A stretch of 64,000 nucleotides of DNA from an uncultured Chlamydiae bacterium. Its GTDB lineage: Bacteria; Chlamydiota; Chlamydiia; Chlamydiales; SM23-39. Made by a program: the position numbers and the translations under genes. Positions 30,892 through 40,577 of the stretch are shown one piece after another (the first letter of the stretch is position 1; every line of letters starts with the position of its first letter). The notes beneath the pieces are model-generated. The model saw only the letters and a program-made list of their open reading frames with translations. It was not told the origin of the DNA and searched no databases. Location of the stretch: positions 192,001 through 256,000 of the forward strand of contig CAVSSM010000002.1 in NCBI GenBank assembly GCA_963730605.1, given 5' to 3'.

Positions 30892-33583
30892 TTGCTTTAT
30901 TATTGTTCAGTTGCTTTTGCAAACTCCGGTAATCGGTCTTCCCCGTTCCCATGAGCGGAATCTCATTGATTTTTTTCACGGACGATATTTTCACAAGACG
31001 GCTGAACCCTTGGGAGATTAAAATTTGATTCGCCTCTTCTCTGGAAATGGAAGCGGTGGTGAAAAGAACAAGCTGGGGCTGCCCCTCTCTCCTTTCATCG
31101 GCAATGACGGCAAGGGACGTAATATCTGCTGAAATTCTGCCTTGTTCGATGAAGGCCTTGACAAGGACCTCCTCGACCCCTCCCAAGCTGATCATCTCCC
31201 CTCCGACTTTGGTAAAGCGCTTGATCCGCCCAGATATGAGGAGATTTCCCTCACCGTCTAGCTTCCCGATGTCGCCGGTCCGATACCAACGGCGGCCGCC
31301 GATTTCGATAAAAGGGTCTCTGGGGTGTCCCAAATAGCCCTGGAAGACGTTGGGGCCCCGGACGCAGATCTCCCCTTCTTCTCCTTTCGGCAATAATTCT
31401 TGGGTTTCCAGATGGATCGTGCAAACTTCCACATCAGGCAGCGGCTGTCCGACTCCAACAGCCGGAAGATTCGGGCGGGTGAGCGTCAAGACGGGAGCGC
31501 ATTCGGTGATCCCATATCCTTCAATGAGACGCGCTCTCGTCCCTAGTTTTTCGACCCGTTCGTAGAGTTCGGACGGAGCTTTTTCTGCGCCGGAAATAAA
31601 CCAGCGGACTGTTTTGAGCTGCTCTACCTTTGCCGAATTGAGGAGCCCTTTGAGGAAGCTCGGCGGACTGCAAAAGAGCGTGATTTTCCATCTCTCCACC
31701 CCTTCAGCAAGGGCAAATCCGTCGGTCGGATCTGGGTAGAAGGCGACTTTCATACCGATAAAGAGGGGAAATAAACCGACGACCGAAAACCCGAAAGAAT
31801 GGAACGGAGGAAGGATCCCATAGAGGATATCCTGTTCGGTCACCTTGAGGCATTGGAGAGCAGAGCGCTGGTTCGAAATGATATTCTTATGCGTTAGGGG
31901 AACCCCTTTCGGTTTGGCCTCGGTGCCGCTCGTGTAAAGGATCACGGCCGCCTGATTCTCGTCGATTTTATCGAGATGGAGCGATCTTAAAATACCCTGA
32001 ACCGAACGTATCGAGATAAAGCTTCCTTGAAGTTTAGCTTTCCAGGTAAGCTGTTCCTTGATCTCTTCGAGAAGCTCGATCTTGTCGATCAAGGCGCCGA
32101 AATCGACATGGGAAAGCCGGTCTAGGAATCGCCAGGAGCTGATCACGGTTTTCGCGCCTGTCTCATTCACCATCTCTTCAAGATAGCGGGGGCCAAGCGT
32201 CCAGTTCAATATGACCGGGACTTTACCCGCAAACTGCAAAGCGAGAATTACGAGATAGACGCCGGCAGACGCCGGCAGAAGCACTGCGACATGCTGGCCT
32301 GGCAGCTTTTGAAAATGCAAACTCAAAACGATTGCAGCCCGCTTCATCTTTTTATAGCTTAAGACGCCGATTAAATCATCTCCGCAGGCGGCGAAATTCT
32401 TCATCCGTTCGCAAGATTTCAAAAAGACTTCCGGAAAAATCTTGCCCACGGGCGCTTCGGGGTCGGGCCGCCCTGTCTCTTTGGGCCAATGAAAAACCCC
32501 CGCTTCCCGAAATCTTCCGGTAGACCGGGAACCCTCGGCGATCTCCAAAACGCTCTGCACGGTTTCGATATCTTCAGGGTGGAGTTCTTGGACGTCGTAA
32601 TTATTTGAGATGAAGACGATGAGCTCGGCGATGTTCAAAGAATCTAGTCCTAAATCGGTCGCGAGGTTCATTTCGGGTTTGATCTCGATGCCGGGGTTGT
32701 TCACGATGCGGCGGATCTCCGCATAGACTTTCGCGCTCAGTTCATCCGAAATTTCGATTTCCTGATCCTGCCTTTTCTTTTTTGGCTGATATACTTTGGG
32801 GATCTCTTTTTTCCACCTTCTATAAGAAACGAGGTATAATGGCTCGGTGTCGACGATTTTGCCTTTCCCATCGGGATAGCGGTTGTACCAATTCTCAAGA
32901 TAGTGATTAAAGTCGAGCCTTGCGGCCTCTTTGGGAATGTCGGTTAAGCCCGCCGCGATCTCGATCTCCACCTGGCGCCGCGGGGCGAAAAAAATGGCGT
33001 TCTTTAAAATCGTCTTGATCCCATGCCAAATGACTTCAGGCAGATGCGGGGACTTTCCCAAAAGGGCGCGAGAAAAGCTGCTCCCCCAAAGTCCTGTTGT
33101 GCGCACGAGGACGATATGCGCCTCAGGACATCCCAAGACAAGGCCATGAGCTCCAGATGCCGCTCCAATGACCTCCCTTCCCGAATTCTTGAGCTTTCCG
33201 GCCGGGTAGACGACAAAGTTTTCCCCTTTTTTCAATCCTTCTCCGATCTTCTGGAGGGCGTCATTCGCTTTTTTCACTTTGAGCTGATTGATCGAGGTAT
33301 CAAAATTCGGGATAGAGACCGCTCCGACCAGCTTCATAAAGGGCTTCAGGAGGGGAAGGCGGTAAATATATTCAATGACGACAGGCCGCATCCTATACTT
33401 GGGCCAAAGGAGGAGAAAGAGAAAAAGCGGGTCCATATGGGCCGGATGGTTCGGCAGGAACAGGATCCCCTTTTGGTTGCGTACGGCGTCAAGCTGCTCC
33501 AACCCCTTGACTCGGATTTTGTACCTAAGGGCGAGGAGAAACCGGCAACATTTCGCGACGCAATTCCAAAAAAAAGTGGGCAT
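30875..33583 (-). CDS. aas: Aas-like acyltransferase / acyl-ACP synthetase with an internal carrier domain
   Basis: NHPAHMD acyltransferase motif; LGLDSL; YTSGTEAKPKG; EGYGITEC; YRTGD. Confidence 0.85.
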   Translation of the reverse strand: MPTFFWNCVAKCCRFLLALRYKIRVKGLEQLDAVRNQKGILFLPNHPAHMDPLFLFLLLWPKYRMRPVVIEYIYRLPLLKPFMKLVGAVSIPNFDTSINQLKVKKANDALQKIGEGLKKGENFVVYPAGKLKNSGREVIGAASGAHGLVLGCPEAHIVLVRTTGLWGSSFSRALLGKSPHLPEVIWHGIKTILKNAIFFAPRRQVEIEIAAGLTDIPKEAARLDFNHYLENWYNRYPDGKGKIVDTEPLYLVSYRRWKKEIPKVYQPKKKRQDQEIEISDELSAKVYAEIRRIVNNPGIEIKPEMNLATDLGLDSLNIAELIVFISNNYDVQELHPEDIETVQSVLEIAEGSRSTGRFREAGVFHWPKETGRPDPEAPVGKIFPEVFLKSCERMKNFAACGDDLIGVLSYKKMKRAAIVLSLHFQKLPGQHVAVLLPASAGVYLVILALQFAGKVPVILNWTLGPRYLEEMVNETGAKTVISSWRFLDRLSHVDFGALIDKIELLEEIKEQLTWKAKLQGSFISIRSVQGILRSLHLDKIDENQAAVILYTSGTEAKPKGVPLTHKNIISNQRSALQCLKVTEQDILYGILPPFHSFGFSVVGLFPLFIGMKVAFYPDPTDGFALAEGVERWKITLFCSPPSFLKGLLNSAKVEQLKTVRWFISGAEKAPSELYERVEKLGTRARLIEGYGITECAPVLTLTRPNLPAVGVGQPLPDVEVCTIHLETQELLPKGEEGEICVRGPNVFQGYLGHPRDPFIEIGGRRWYRTGDIGKLDGEGNLLISGRIKRFTKVGGEMISLGGVEEVLVKAFIEQGRISADITSLAVIADERREGQPQLVLFTTASISREEANQILISQGFSRLVKISSVKKINEIPLMGTGKTDYRSLQKQLNNNKANGNAA

Positions 33584-33741
33584 AAGCTCATTTTTACACT
33601 TAATATGGATTTTCCTCCACCTTTTTCTTTTGTGGATAGATATACTTAAGTATCTTAAAATAAACACGTTATCAATAAATTGGTAAAGATTTATCTTGAA
33701 TTAGTAATTAAAAAATGATATTATTAATACAAAGGATAATT

Positions 33742-34229
33742 ATGGATGCAGTTTCAGGAATTAGAAATTTTGTAGTGAATGAATATAACAGGAAACTCCG
33801 TTTAGGAGACCTGGGGGACGGCCTGTAGAAAACCTCCCTGCATCTCAACCGGAATCCGAGCCGATCCGCGAAGTTGCCTCTAGCCAATTAAATGCCCAGC
33901 CTATAGTTTAAAAATAGTCCTTAACCTAGGAGAGAATGATGGAAAACAGAATCCCCGGCGACATAATCCGCGTCGTCGACCCATCGAGGGCGTGTCTTGA
34001 AGGCGCCGATTTGATCAAATGGAACACGCCCGATACCTTTGGCGCCCCTTTAACAGTGCTCACGGGAAGGACGCTGAGAGGCGAGCGTTGGGAAACTGGC
34101 GAGAAGTTCTCCTTTTCGACGACCCCTACTGATGAAAACGCCAGAGGGAAAACCCAGCTTCTCGGGAACCGCACCCTGCTCAAACCGCAAGGGCCCCAAG
34201 CGCCAAATCTAGGCAACCACAGTAAATGA
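33742..34229 (+). pseudogene. fragmented hypothetical gene
   Basis: Promoter-like TTGAAT-17-TATTAT and AAGGA RBS lead to a 28-aa ORF, followed by out-of-frame pieces ending in the 97-aa ORF 33936-34229. Confidence 0.4.
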
Positions 34230-34230
34230 G

Positions 34231-34261
34231 AAAAACCCGAATCTTTCGATTCGGGTTTTTT
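34231..34261. terminator. bidirectional intrinsic terminator
   Basis: AAAAACCCGAATC-tttc-GATTCGGGTTTTT between convergent genes. Confidence 0.8.
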
Positions 34262-34289
34262 ATCCCAAAAACTTTTTGACTTTTCGAGA

Positions 34290-34712
34290 CTAGCGGTTGT
34301 AGAACCCGCCGCTCCGATCGCGATCTCCGCCGCCGCGATATTCGCGACGCTCGCCACGATCTCCACCACCCCATCCTCCACCACCTTCGCGGCGCGGACG
34401 GAATTCACCTGCCGGACGCTCGCGGCGCTCGCCCATTGGACGATCGCGCTGCTCAGTGCGCGCCCAGTCGATGACTAAAGCTTTTCCTTGAAAAGGTTGG
34501 CCGTTGAGAGCTTCTTTCGCTTTGCCTGCGGAATCTGAAGAGTCCATGCGGACAAAGGCAAATCCACGAGATCTGCCAGAGAAGCGATCCATGACAATTT
34601 TCACATCTTCGACTGTGCCGAAGCTGCTGAACAGCTCGCGGACTTGATCTTCGTTCGCGTCGAAGTTAAGATTGCCTACATAAAGTTTTTGAGTCTGTGC
34701 TTGTTGATTCAT
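34290..34712 (-). CDS. RRM RNA-binding protein with Gly/Arg-rich tail
   Basis: RNP2 LYVGNL; RNP1 RGFAFV. Confidence 0.92.
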   Translation of the reverse strand: MNQQAQTQKLYVGNLNFDANEDQVRELFSSFGTVEDVKIVMDRFSGRSRGFAFVRMDSSDSAGKAKEALNGQPFQGKALVIDWARTEQRDRPMGERRERPAGEFRPRREGGGGWGGGDRGERREYRGGGDRDRSGGFYNR

Positions 34713-34897
34713 TTAATCTCCAAAAAATAAAATAATCCCTAACTGTATCTTACGGCCAAAACCTTTCATTGGAAATGCTCAGAGAAAGACGTAGACAAGA
34801 TCAGGACAGGTTCCTAGTTTAGTAAGAAGGCAGGCGTTCCTACCCTCTTATAACACCCATTGTACCGCGTTGCCCCAATGTTGTAAAGTAGATTTGT

Positions 34898-35296
34898 ATG
34901 AGTTATCCCGATGAAAAACGAAAGCTTGAGGAGCGGATGGAGCGTCTGGGGATCCGAGAGGAAGATCTCGTCGAAAAGTTCATTCTCGGCTCGGGTAGCG
35001 GAGGTCAAAAGATCAATAAGACCTCTTCCTGCGTCTATCTGAAACACCTGCCCACCGGCATAGAGGTGAAATGCCAAAGAGACCGTTCGCGCGAACTCAA
35101 CCGCATCAAAGCCCGGCGCGAGCTGTGCGATAAGCTCGAAGAGATCCTCTTTCAAGAAAAGAGTAAAAAGCGGCAGGCGATCGAAAAAATCCGGCGGCAG
35201 AAAAGGCGCCGCTCCCGCCGGGCGCAAGAAAAAATTTTAGCTTCCAAGAAACACCGCTCTGAAATCAAGAATTTAAGGAAACGGAATCAGGAATAG
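34898..35296 (+). CDS. peptide chain release factor-like protein (ArfB-type GGQ domain)
   Basis: GSGSGGQKINKT; basic C-terminal tail. Confidence 0.85.
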   Translation: MSYPDEKRKLEERMERLGIREEDLVEKFILGSGSGGQKINKTSSCVYLKHLPTGIEVKCQRDRSRELNRIKARRELCDKLEEILFQEKSKKRQAIEKIRRQKRRRSRRAQEKILASKKHRSEIKNLRKRNQE

Positions 35297-35313
35297 GATA
35301 TACTCGCCGGCCT

Positions 35314-36153
35314 ATGCAATATACGCTGCCGAAACCAATGACCGTCCGAGAGACGCTTGCGTGCCTTTATCCTGACAGCTCGCGGCGGACTCTCCAAAAC
35401 TGGCTGAAACGCGGCCGGTTTTCCGTAAACGGAATCCGTCTGAGCCGAGAAGATACCCCTTTAGAAACAGGGCAGGTCTTTTCTTCGCAAGTAACTTGTA
35501 AAGCTCCGAAGGTTCCCGGTTTGAAAATCCTTTTCGAAGACCGGCATCTGATTGTCATCGAAAAGCCATCTGGCCTTTTGAGCGTTCCCCTCGATGAGGG
35601 CGATGGGCAAAAGGACGCTCTTGGATTACTGAGGGTTGGGCTGCAAACCCCCTCGATTTTCGCCGTCCACCGGATCGACCGCGATGTCTCCGGGGTCTTG
35701 GTGTTTGCCCGAGGCAAGGAGTCGGAAGAACGGCTGAAAATTCTTTTCGAAAAGCATGATTTAAAGAGGCAATATTTTGCGATCGTCGAAGGGCGGATGA
35801 GAGATGACGTTGGGACTTGGCAAAGCCATCTTTCCGAACTTTCTTCTTACGACGTCGTCCCCTCTTCGGACGGGAAAGAGGCGATCACCCATTTCAAAGT
35901 GCTGCGCCGATCCATGAAATTCACCTATCTTCGAGTCATTCTTGAAACAGGGCGCAAACACCAGATCCGCGTCCATTGCCAAATGGCTGGCCATCCAGTT
36001 CTTGGCGACGAACGCTATGGCGCCCGCGAAAATCCGATCCGCCGCATCTGCCTCCATGCCGTCCGTCTCGAACTCGTCCATCCCTTTACGGGACGGCCGC
36101 TTGTTTTCAACTCCCCGCTCCCAAGCAGCTTCAAAGCTCTCGGCGCTTACTAA
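35314..36153 (+). CDS. RluA-family RNA pseudouridine synthase
   Basis: KPSGL, HRIDRDVSG, TGRKHQIRVH, GDERYG. Confidence 0.9.
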   Translation: MQYTLPKPMTVRETLACLYPDSSRRTLQNWLKRGRFSVNGIRLSREDTPLETGQVFSSQVTCKAPKVPGLKILFEDRHLIVIEKPSGLLSVPLDEGDGQKDALGLLRVGLQTPSIFAVHRIDRDVSGVLVFARGKESEERLKILFEKHDLKRQYFAIVEGRMRDDVGTWQSHLSELSSYDVVPSSDGKEAITHFKVLRRSMKFTYLRVILETGRKHQIRVHCQMAGHPVLGDERYGARENPIRRICLHAVRLELVHPFTGRPLVFNSPLPSSFKALGAY

Positions 36154-36157
36154 GATC

Positions 36158-36820
36158 TTAGAGCGGGAGGGAGCGGCGCGATTTGGCTCTATCCCAATCC
36201 TGGGAAAACCGATTGACGCTCTCTACAGTCAATGGGTTGTTCTCGATCAGGCTATTAAAAATGTCTTCCTTCAACGTGACTGCGTGGGCGCCCATCTCGG
36301 TAAGCTCTTTGATTTGTTCAGGAGAGCGAAGGGACGCTGCGAGAAGCTGCGAAAGAAAAGAATACCTCCGCAAGAGGCCCAGCATCTCGCGGATCGCATT
36401 GATCCCATCGATCTCGGCTTCGCAAATCCGTGAATAATAGGGAGCGATATAGGAAGCTCCGGCCTTGGCAGAGAGGAGCGCTTGATTGACGTCGAAGACC
36501 GCAGTAGCCATCGTGGGGATTTTACCTGATAAGGCGTGGATGGCCATGAGGCCGTCTTCCGTCACAGGGATTTTCACGATGATTCGTCCGGAAAATAGAT
36601 GAAGCGCTTCCGCTTGCCGGATCATTGTCTTGGCGTCATTTGCAGTCACTTGCACTGCGAGCGGCCCTTTTTGGATCTTGAGGAGAGCTTCGATTAGGTC
36701 TTCCAGGGGCAGATTGCATTGGGCCACGATCGAGGGATTCGTAGTCACTCCGTAAAGGATTCCCATTTTTACCGCTTTCTCAATGATCGGAAATTCAGCG
36801 GTATCGAGCCAGATTTGCAT
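36158..36820 (-). CDS. transaldolase / fructose-6-phosphate aldolase family
   Basis: LDTA, GVTTNPS, VKIP, AASLR. Confidence 0.88.
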   Translation of the reverse strand: MQIWLDTAEFPIIEKAVKMGILYGVTTNPSIVAQCNLPLEDLIEALLKIQKGPLAVQVTANDAKTMIRQAEALHLFSGRIIVKIPVTEDGLMAIHALSGKIPTMATAVFDVNQALLSAKAGASYIAPYYSRICEAEIDGINAIREMLGLLRRYSFLSQLLAASLRSPEQIKELTEMGAHAVTLKEDIFNSLIENNPLTVESVNRFSQDWDRAKSRRSLPL

Positions 36821-36871
36821 ATTTCCCCGACTTATTTTAGAATAGTTGAACGCTTTCAGTTTGGCCTAAGT

Positions 36872-37507
36872 TTGAATTTTGAACAATTCTTCAACATCTT
36901 CATCGCGCTTCTCGTTATCTCCAATCCCCTTTCAGCACTTCCGGCTGTTTTGAAAATCACTCGCAATCAAACCCTTGGAGACAAAAAAAAAACGGGACTT
37001 GTCGCCGCTTTTGCCGTTCTCGTCATCCTTCTTATTTCGACATGGGTAGGGACCCCGCTCCTTATAGTCTTAGGAATCAAGATTCCCTCTTTCCAAGTGG
37101 CGGGAGGCGCCATTATTTTCATGATGGCGATGTCGATGCTGAACGCGGAAGAAAGCCCCATCAAACAAACCGCCGAGGAGCAGAAAGAAAAAGTCAGAGG
37201 AGAGGAAGGGGCGATCGTGCCGCTTGCGATTCCCATCATCGCTGGGCCCGGATCCATTAGCACGATCATCGTCACCGTCAATGAATTTCCGGGCATTTAC
37301 AACCTACTTATTTTAAGCGTCGCAGTGATTCTAGTCTCTCTTTTAATGGGAATGCTGCTCTATTTCGCGAGCAACTTGGAAAAGCTGCTCGGGCAGTCAA
37401 GGATCAATATCATCAATAGACTGGGAGGTTTGATCCTCGCCGCGATCGCGATCCAAACCCTTGCAAACGGACTACTCGGGCTTTTTCCCAGACTTGCAGT
37501 TCCTTAG
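36872..37507 (+). CDS. MarC family membrane protein
   Basis: VPLAIPIIAGPGSI, RLGGLIL; probable TTG start. Confidence 0.88.
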   Translation: MNFEQFFNIFIALLVISNPLSALPAVLKITRNQTLGDKKKTGLVAAFAVLVILLISTWVGTPLLIVLGIKIPSFQVAGGAIIFMMAMSMLNAEESPIKQTAEEQKEKVRGEEGAIVPLAIPIIAGPGSISTIIVTVNEFPGIYNLLILSVAVILVSLLMGMLLYFASNLEKLLGQSRINIINRLGGLILAAIAIQTLANGLLGLFPRLAVP

Positions 37508-37515
37508 CATGCTAT

Positions 37516-37854
37516 TAACCTGAGTTTTGGGTTCATTTGCCTGAGCTTCAATTTCTTTCGGCATCTTTTTGACTTTTCGCCTCGGCAAGATGCTCGTCCC
37601 GATATTGCTCTCGGCTCCAAAGCGCAAAAATATGCTCGAAATATCCTTGAATCTCATAGACTCGACTTTGTACAATTTTTGGCGAGCAGATCCAGAGGAA
37701 GCGCTCTGCAATTTTTTTCTTTTTTTGCGAAATTCATAGCCGAAGGCACTATTTATGAGCAAAAAAAGGAAAAAAGGGCCAGCGATTCTCTCGGAGATGC
37801 CGTCACAAAATTGTACAAAGTCGAGATAGACAAATGAACCCAAAACTCAGGTTA
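37516..37854. mobile_element. MITE family B copy interrupted by a family A copy
   Basis: 339 bp = 169 + 165 + 5-bp duplication. Confidence 0.9.
37661..37825. mobile_element. MITE family A (nested copy)
   Basis: TIR CTCGACTTTGTACAATTTT; TSD ATAGA. Confidence 0.9.
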
Positions 37855-37933
37855 TTATTCATTCTTCTGAAAAAAAACTTGAATTTGCTATCGAATTTTC
37901 TTACTCTGCGGATACCCACCATAGGTATCCACA

Positions 37934-39001
37934 ATGAAATGGTTGTGCTATTCGGCCCTTGCGGCGGTCGCGCTTGCTTTGCCCCTCTTTGGAGATAAAC
38001 AGAAATTGCCCCCCGAGAAAGTTTCCAAAGTAGAGCCGCCGCCGTTCGATGCGGATCTCTATCGCCGCGATACCCAAGTGTTCTCAGTCGATGCCGCATT
38101 CCTCTATTGGGGAGTGCAAGAAGGAGCGCTCGATTATGCGATTCAGATGAAAGAAAGCGGATGGGGCCCCTCGGAATGTTTCGCTCAAGGTAACTTCAAA
38201 AATGCGACCTTCAGTGGAAATCCTGGATTCCGGGCAGTTCTCCGATTTTTCCGGGCTCCGAGGTATTGGGAATTTTGGACCGTGTACACGCGTCTGACCG
38301 CAACCGGTACGCAAATGGCGGAAAAACCATCTCCTCCCGGGAATTTCTTAACGGGAACGTGGCCTCAGATCTTTTCGAACCCGATGGCTTCGGCCAAGAG
38401 CACCATCCATATGAACTACAATGTGGCGGATCTTTTGATCACCCGGGTGTTTTTTCCAAACCCACATCTACGGCTCCGGATAACGGGAGGCGGCTCAGTT
38501 CCATGGATCAATCAATTCTGGAAAATCCTCTATGCAGATTGGATGGGCTTCCAAACGAAGATTGCCAACCGCTGGAGTTTCATAGGGGGAGGTCTCAAGA
38601 TGGGTACGACTTTCGACTGGTATTGGTTTACCGATATCTACATGACAGGCGGAACCACCTTGGGAGCGTTTTTGGGCTCCTACAAAAATTCAGCGGTCCA
38701 GAGAACGAACTTCCAGCCGCCGAGTCCAGGCTTCAATCCAAATCTACCTGTCCGCGATGCCCATTTTAGCGATGTGCGGCCTGCTTTCCTAGCCCAATTT
38801 TATTTAGGGCCCGCTTACGAAAAGAACTACACGAACCAACGTTTTGAACTCTTTGTCGGATATGAGCTAGCTACCTGGCTGAACCTCCAAGAAATCTACC
38901 GTTCTACCAGCGGAGCGCCGTCCGATGCGAAAGAAACGCGGATTAACACGGGCGCTCTCGCCCTGCAGGGATTGACAATGCGCGCAACCCTCGACTTTTA
39001 A
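37934..39001 (+). CDS. MOMP-like outer-membrane beta-barrel protein
   Basis: Signal peptide; FLYW motif; aromatic-rich strands; C-terminal LQGLT...LDF. Confidence 0.8.
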   Translation: MKWLCYSALAAVALALPLFGDKQKLPPEKVSKVEPPPFDADLYRRDTQVFSVDAAFLYWGVQEGALDYAIQMKESGWGPSECFAQGNFKNATFSGNPGFRAVLRFFRAPRYWEFWTVYTRLTATGTQMAEKPSPPGNFLTGTWPQIFSNPMASAKSTIHMNYNVADLLITRVFFPNPHLRLRITGGGSVPWINQFWKILYADWMGFQTKIANRWSFIGGGLKMGTTFDWYWFTDIYMTGGTTLGAFLGSYKNSAVQRTNFQPPSPGFNPNLPVRDAHFSDVRPAFLAQFYLGPAYEKNYTNQRFELFVGYELATWLNLQEIYRSTSGAPSDAKETRINTGALALQGLTMRATLDF

Positions 39002-39170
39002 AAAAAAATATACACAGAGATCACAGAGCGCTAGCGAGAAAAAATGCCTCGCGCGCACCCCCGTTTCTTTAAGTCCTGAACAAAAATTGCAGCCGGACAC
39101 CCTCTTAGAGGCTCTTAATATATTAATTAAAAATTTAATTTAATAGTTTTTTGCACCGACCAATAAACTA

Positions 39171-39199
39171 TTGACATAAATTGATATTTTTTGTAAAAT
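39171..39199 (+). promoter_or_regulatory. sigma66/70-type promoter
   Basis: TTGACA-17-TAAAAT upstream of the LRR gene. Confidence 0.7.
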
Positions 39200-39241
39200 T
39201 GTGAAAATATTTAAAACATTTTAATTACAAGGATTGTTTAT

Positions 39242-40465
39242 ATGACATATAATCCCGTTATAGGAATTGGAACCGGTGCACCAGGAATGGGAGCCGCTGC
39301 CCCCCAAGATTTTTTTTCACCATTGCCCGAGTTGCCAATGGAGCTCATCCAGTCATTCTTAGGTCCAAAAAGCAACGATGCCCTCTCGCGGACAAATACA
39401 AGACTACGCGCGGTTTCATGCCCTTTTAGAGCCGCCGTTCTTCGCTTTGAATACAAAATTGCAGAGAACAAACCCATTACCCTACAAGAGCTAATAGAAC
39501 TAAAAAATCTCAATCCGGATTTTTCAAGTAGAATACCATTCAAACTTGATTTATCAAACAGCAATATTTCTGATGTCGGGCTGCAAGAGCTTATTGTATG
39601 CTTTCCTAATATTATTGAAATTAATGCACAACACTGTCAGGGTTTAACCGATGCCGGGCTGCAGCACCTGGCACATTTGAAAAATCTCACAAGCCTCGAC
39701 TTGACAGAATGCACCCAGGTCACCGACAACGGACTGCAGTTCCTGGCAAGTTTGATAAATCTCACAAGCCTCAGCCTGGAGGGATGCTCCCGGATCACCG
39801 ACGTCGGACTGCGGTGCCTGGCAAGTTTGAAAAATCTCACCACCCTCAACCTGGCATGGTGCCGCCGGATCCCCGACATCGGGCTGCAGTGCCTGGCAAA
39901 TTTGCCAAATCTCACTAACCTCAGCCTAGCACAGTGCACCCAAGTCACCGACATCGTGCTGCAGAGCCTGGCAGGTTTGATACATCTTACAAGCCTCGAC
40001 CTAGAAGGGTGCCACCAGATCACTGACGGGGGGCTGCGGCACTTGGCAGGTTTGATAAATCTCATAAGCCTCAACCTGACATGGTGCCCCAAGATCACCG
40101 ATACCGGGCTGCAGTACTCGGCAAGTTTGAAAAATCTCACAAACCTCAGTCTGAAGGGGTGCAACCGGATCACCGACAACGGACTGCAGTTCCTGGCAAG
40201 TTTGATAAATCTCACAAGCCTCAGCCTGGAGGGATGCTACCAGATCACCGACGGGGGGCTGCGGTACCTGGCGGCAGGTTTGGCAAAGCTCACACGTCTC
40301 AGCCTGAAGGGGTGCTTCCAGGTCACCAACATCGGACTGCAGCACCTGGCAGGTTTGGCCAAGCTCACAAGCCTTGACCTGTCAGAATGCCAACAGATTA
40401 CTGACGCCGGGCTGCAGTGCCTGGCAGGTTGTCGTATTATCCGATTTTTCGGTGTGTTCAGATAA
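39242..40465 (+). CDS. F-box-like / cysteine-containing LRR protein, effector-like
   Basis: LPELPMELIQSFL...LSRTN; about 11 repeats of 25 aa, LTSLxLxxCxxITDxGLxxLA. Confidence 0.85.
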   Translation: MTYNPVIGIGTGAPGMGAAAPQDFFSPLPELPMELIQSFLGPKSNDALSRTNTRLRAVSCPFRAAVLRFEYKIAENKPITLQELIELKNLNPDFSSRIPFKLDLSNSNISDVGLQELIVCFPNIIEINAQHCQGLTDAGLQHLAHLKNLTSLDLTECTQVTDNGLQFLASLINLTSLSLEGCSRITDVGLRCLASLKNLTTLNLAWCRRIPDIGLQCLANLPNLTNLSLAQCTQVTDIVLQSLAGLIHLTSLDLEGCHQITDGGLRHLAGLINLISLNLTWCPKITDTGLQYSASLKNLTNLSLKGCNRITDNGLQFLASLINLTSLSLEGCYQITDGGLRYLAAGLAKLTRLSLKGCFQVTNIGLQHLAGLAKLTSLDLSECQQITDAGLQCLAGCRIIRFFGVFR

Positions 40466-40494
40466 CTCTTTGAAACGGTAGCAGCGATCGCTTG

Positions 40495-40557
40495 AGAGGG
40501 TGTCTACAAAGTGAGGGTTCGTCGAGTTTTTGGAACCTCACTTTGTAGACACCCTCT
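40495..40557. repeat. complete 63-bp palindromic element, family C
   Basis: AGAGGGTGTCTACAAAGTGAGG(G)TTC...GAACCTCACTTTGTAGACACCCTCT between convergent genes. Confidence 0.85.
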
Positions 40558-40577
40558 AACCGCCGCGCGGTATAATT

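Noticed and set aside
39640..40430. Repeat array or antisense 192-aa ORF
   Set aside because: Explained by the 75-bp LRR units on the plus strand.
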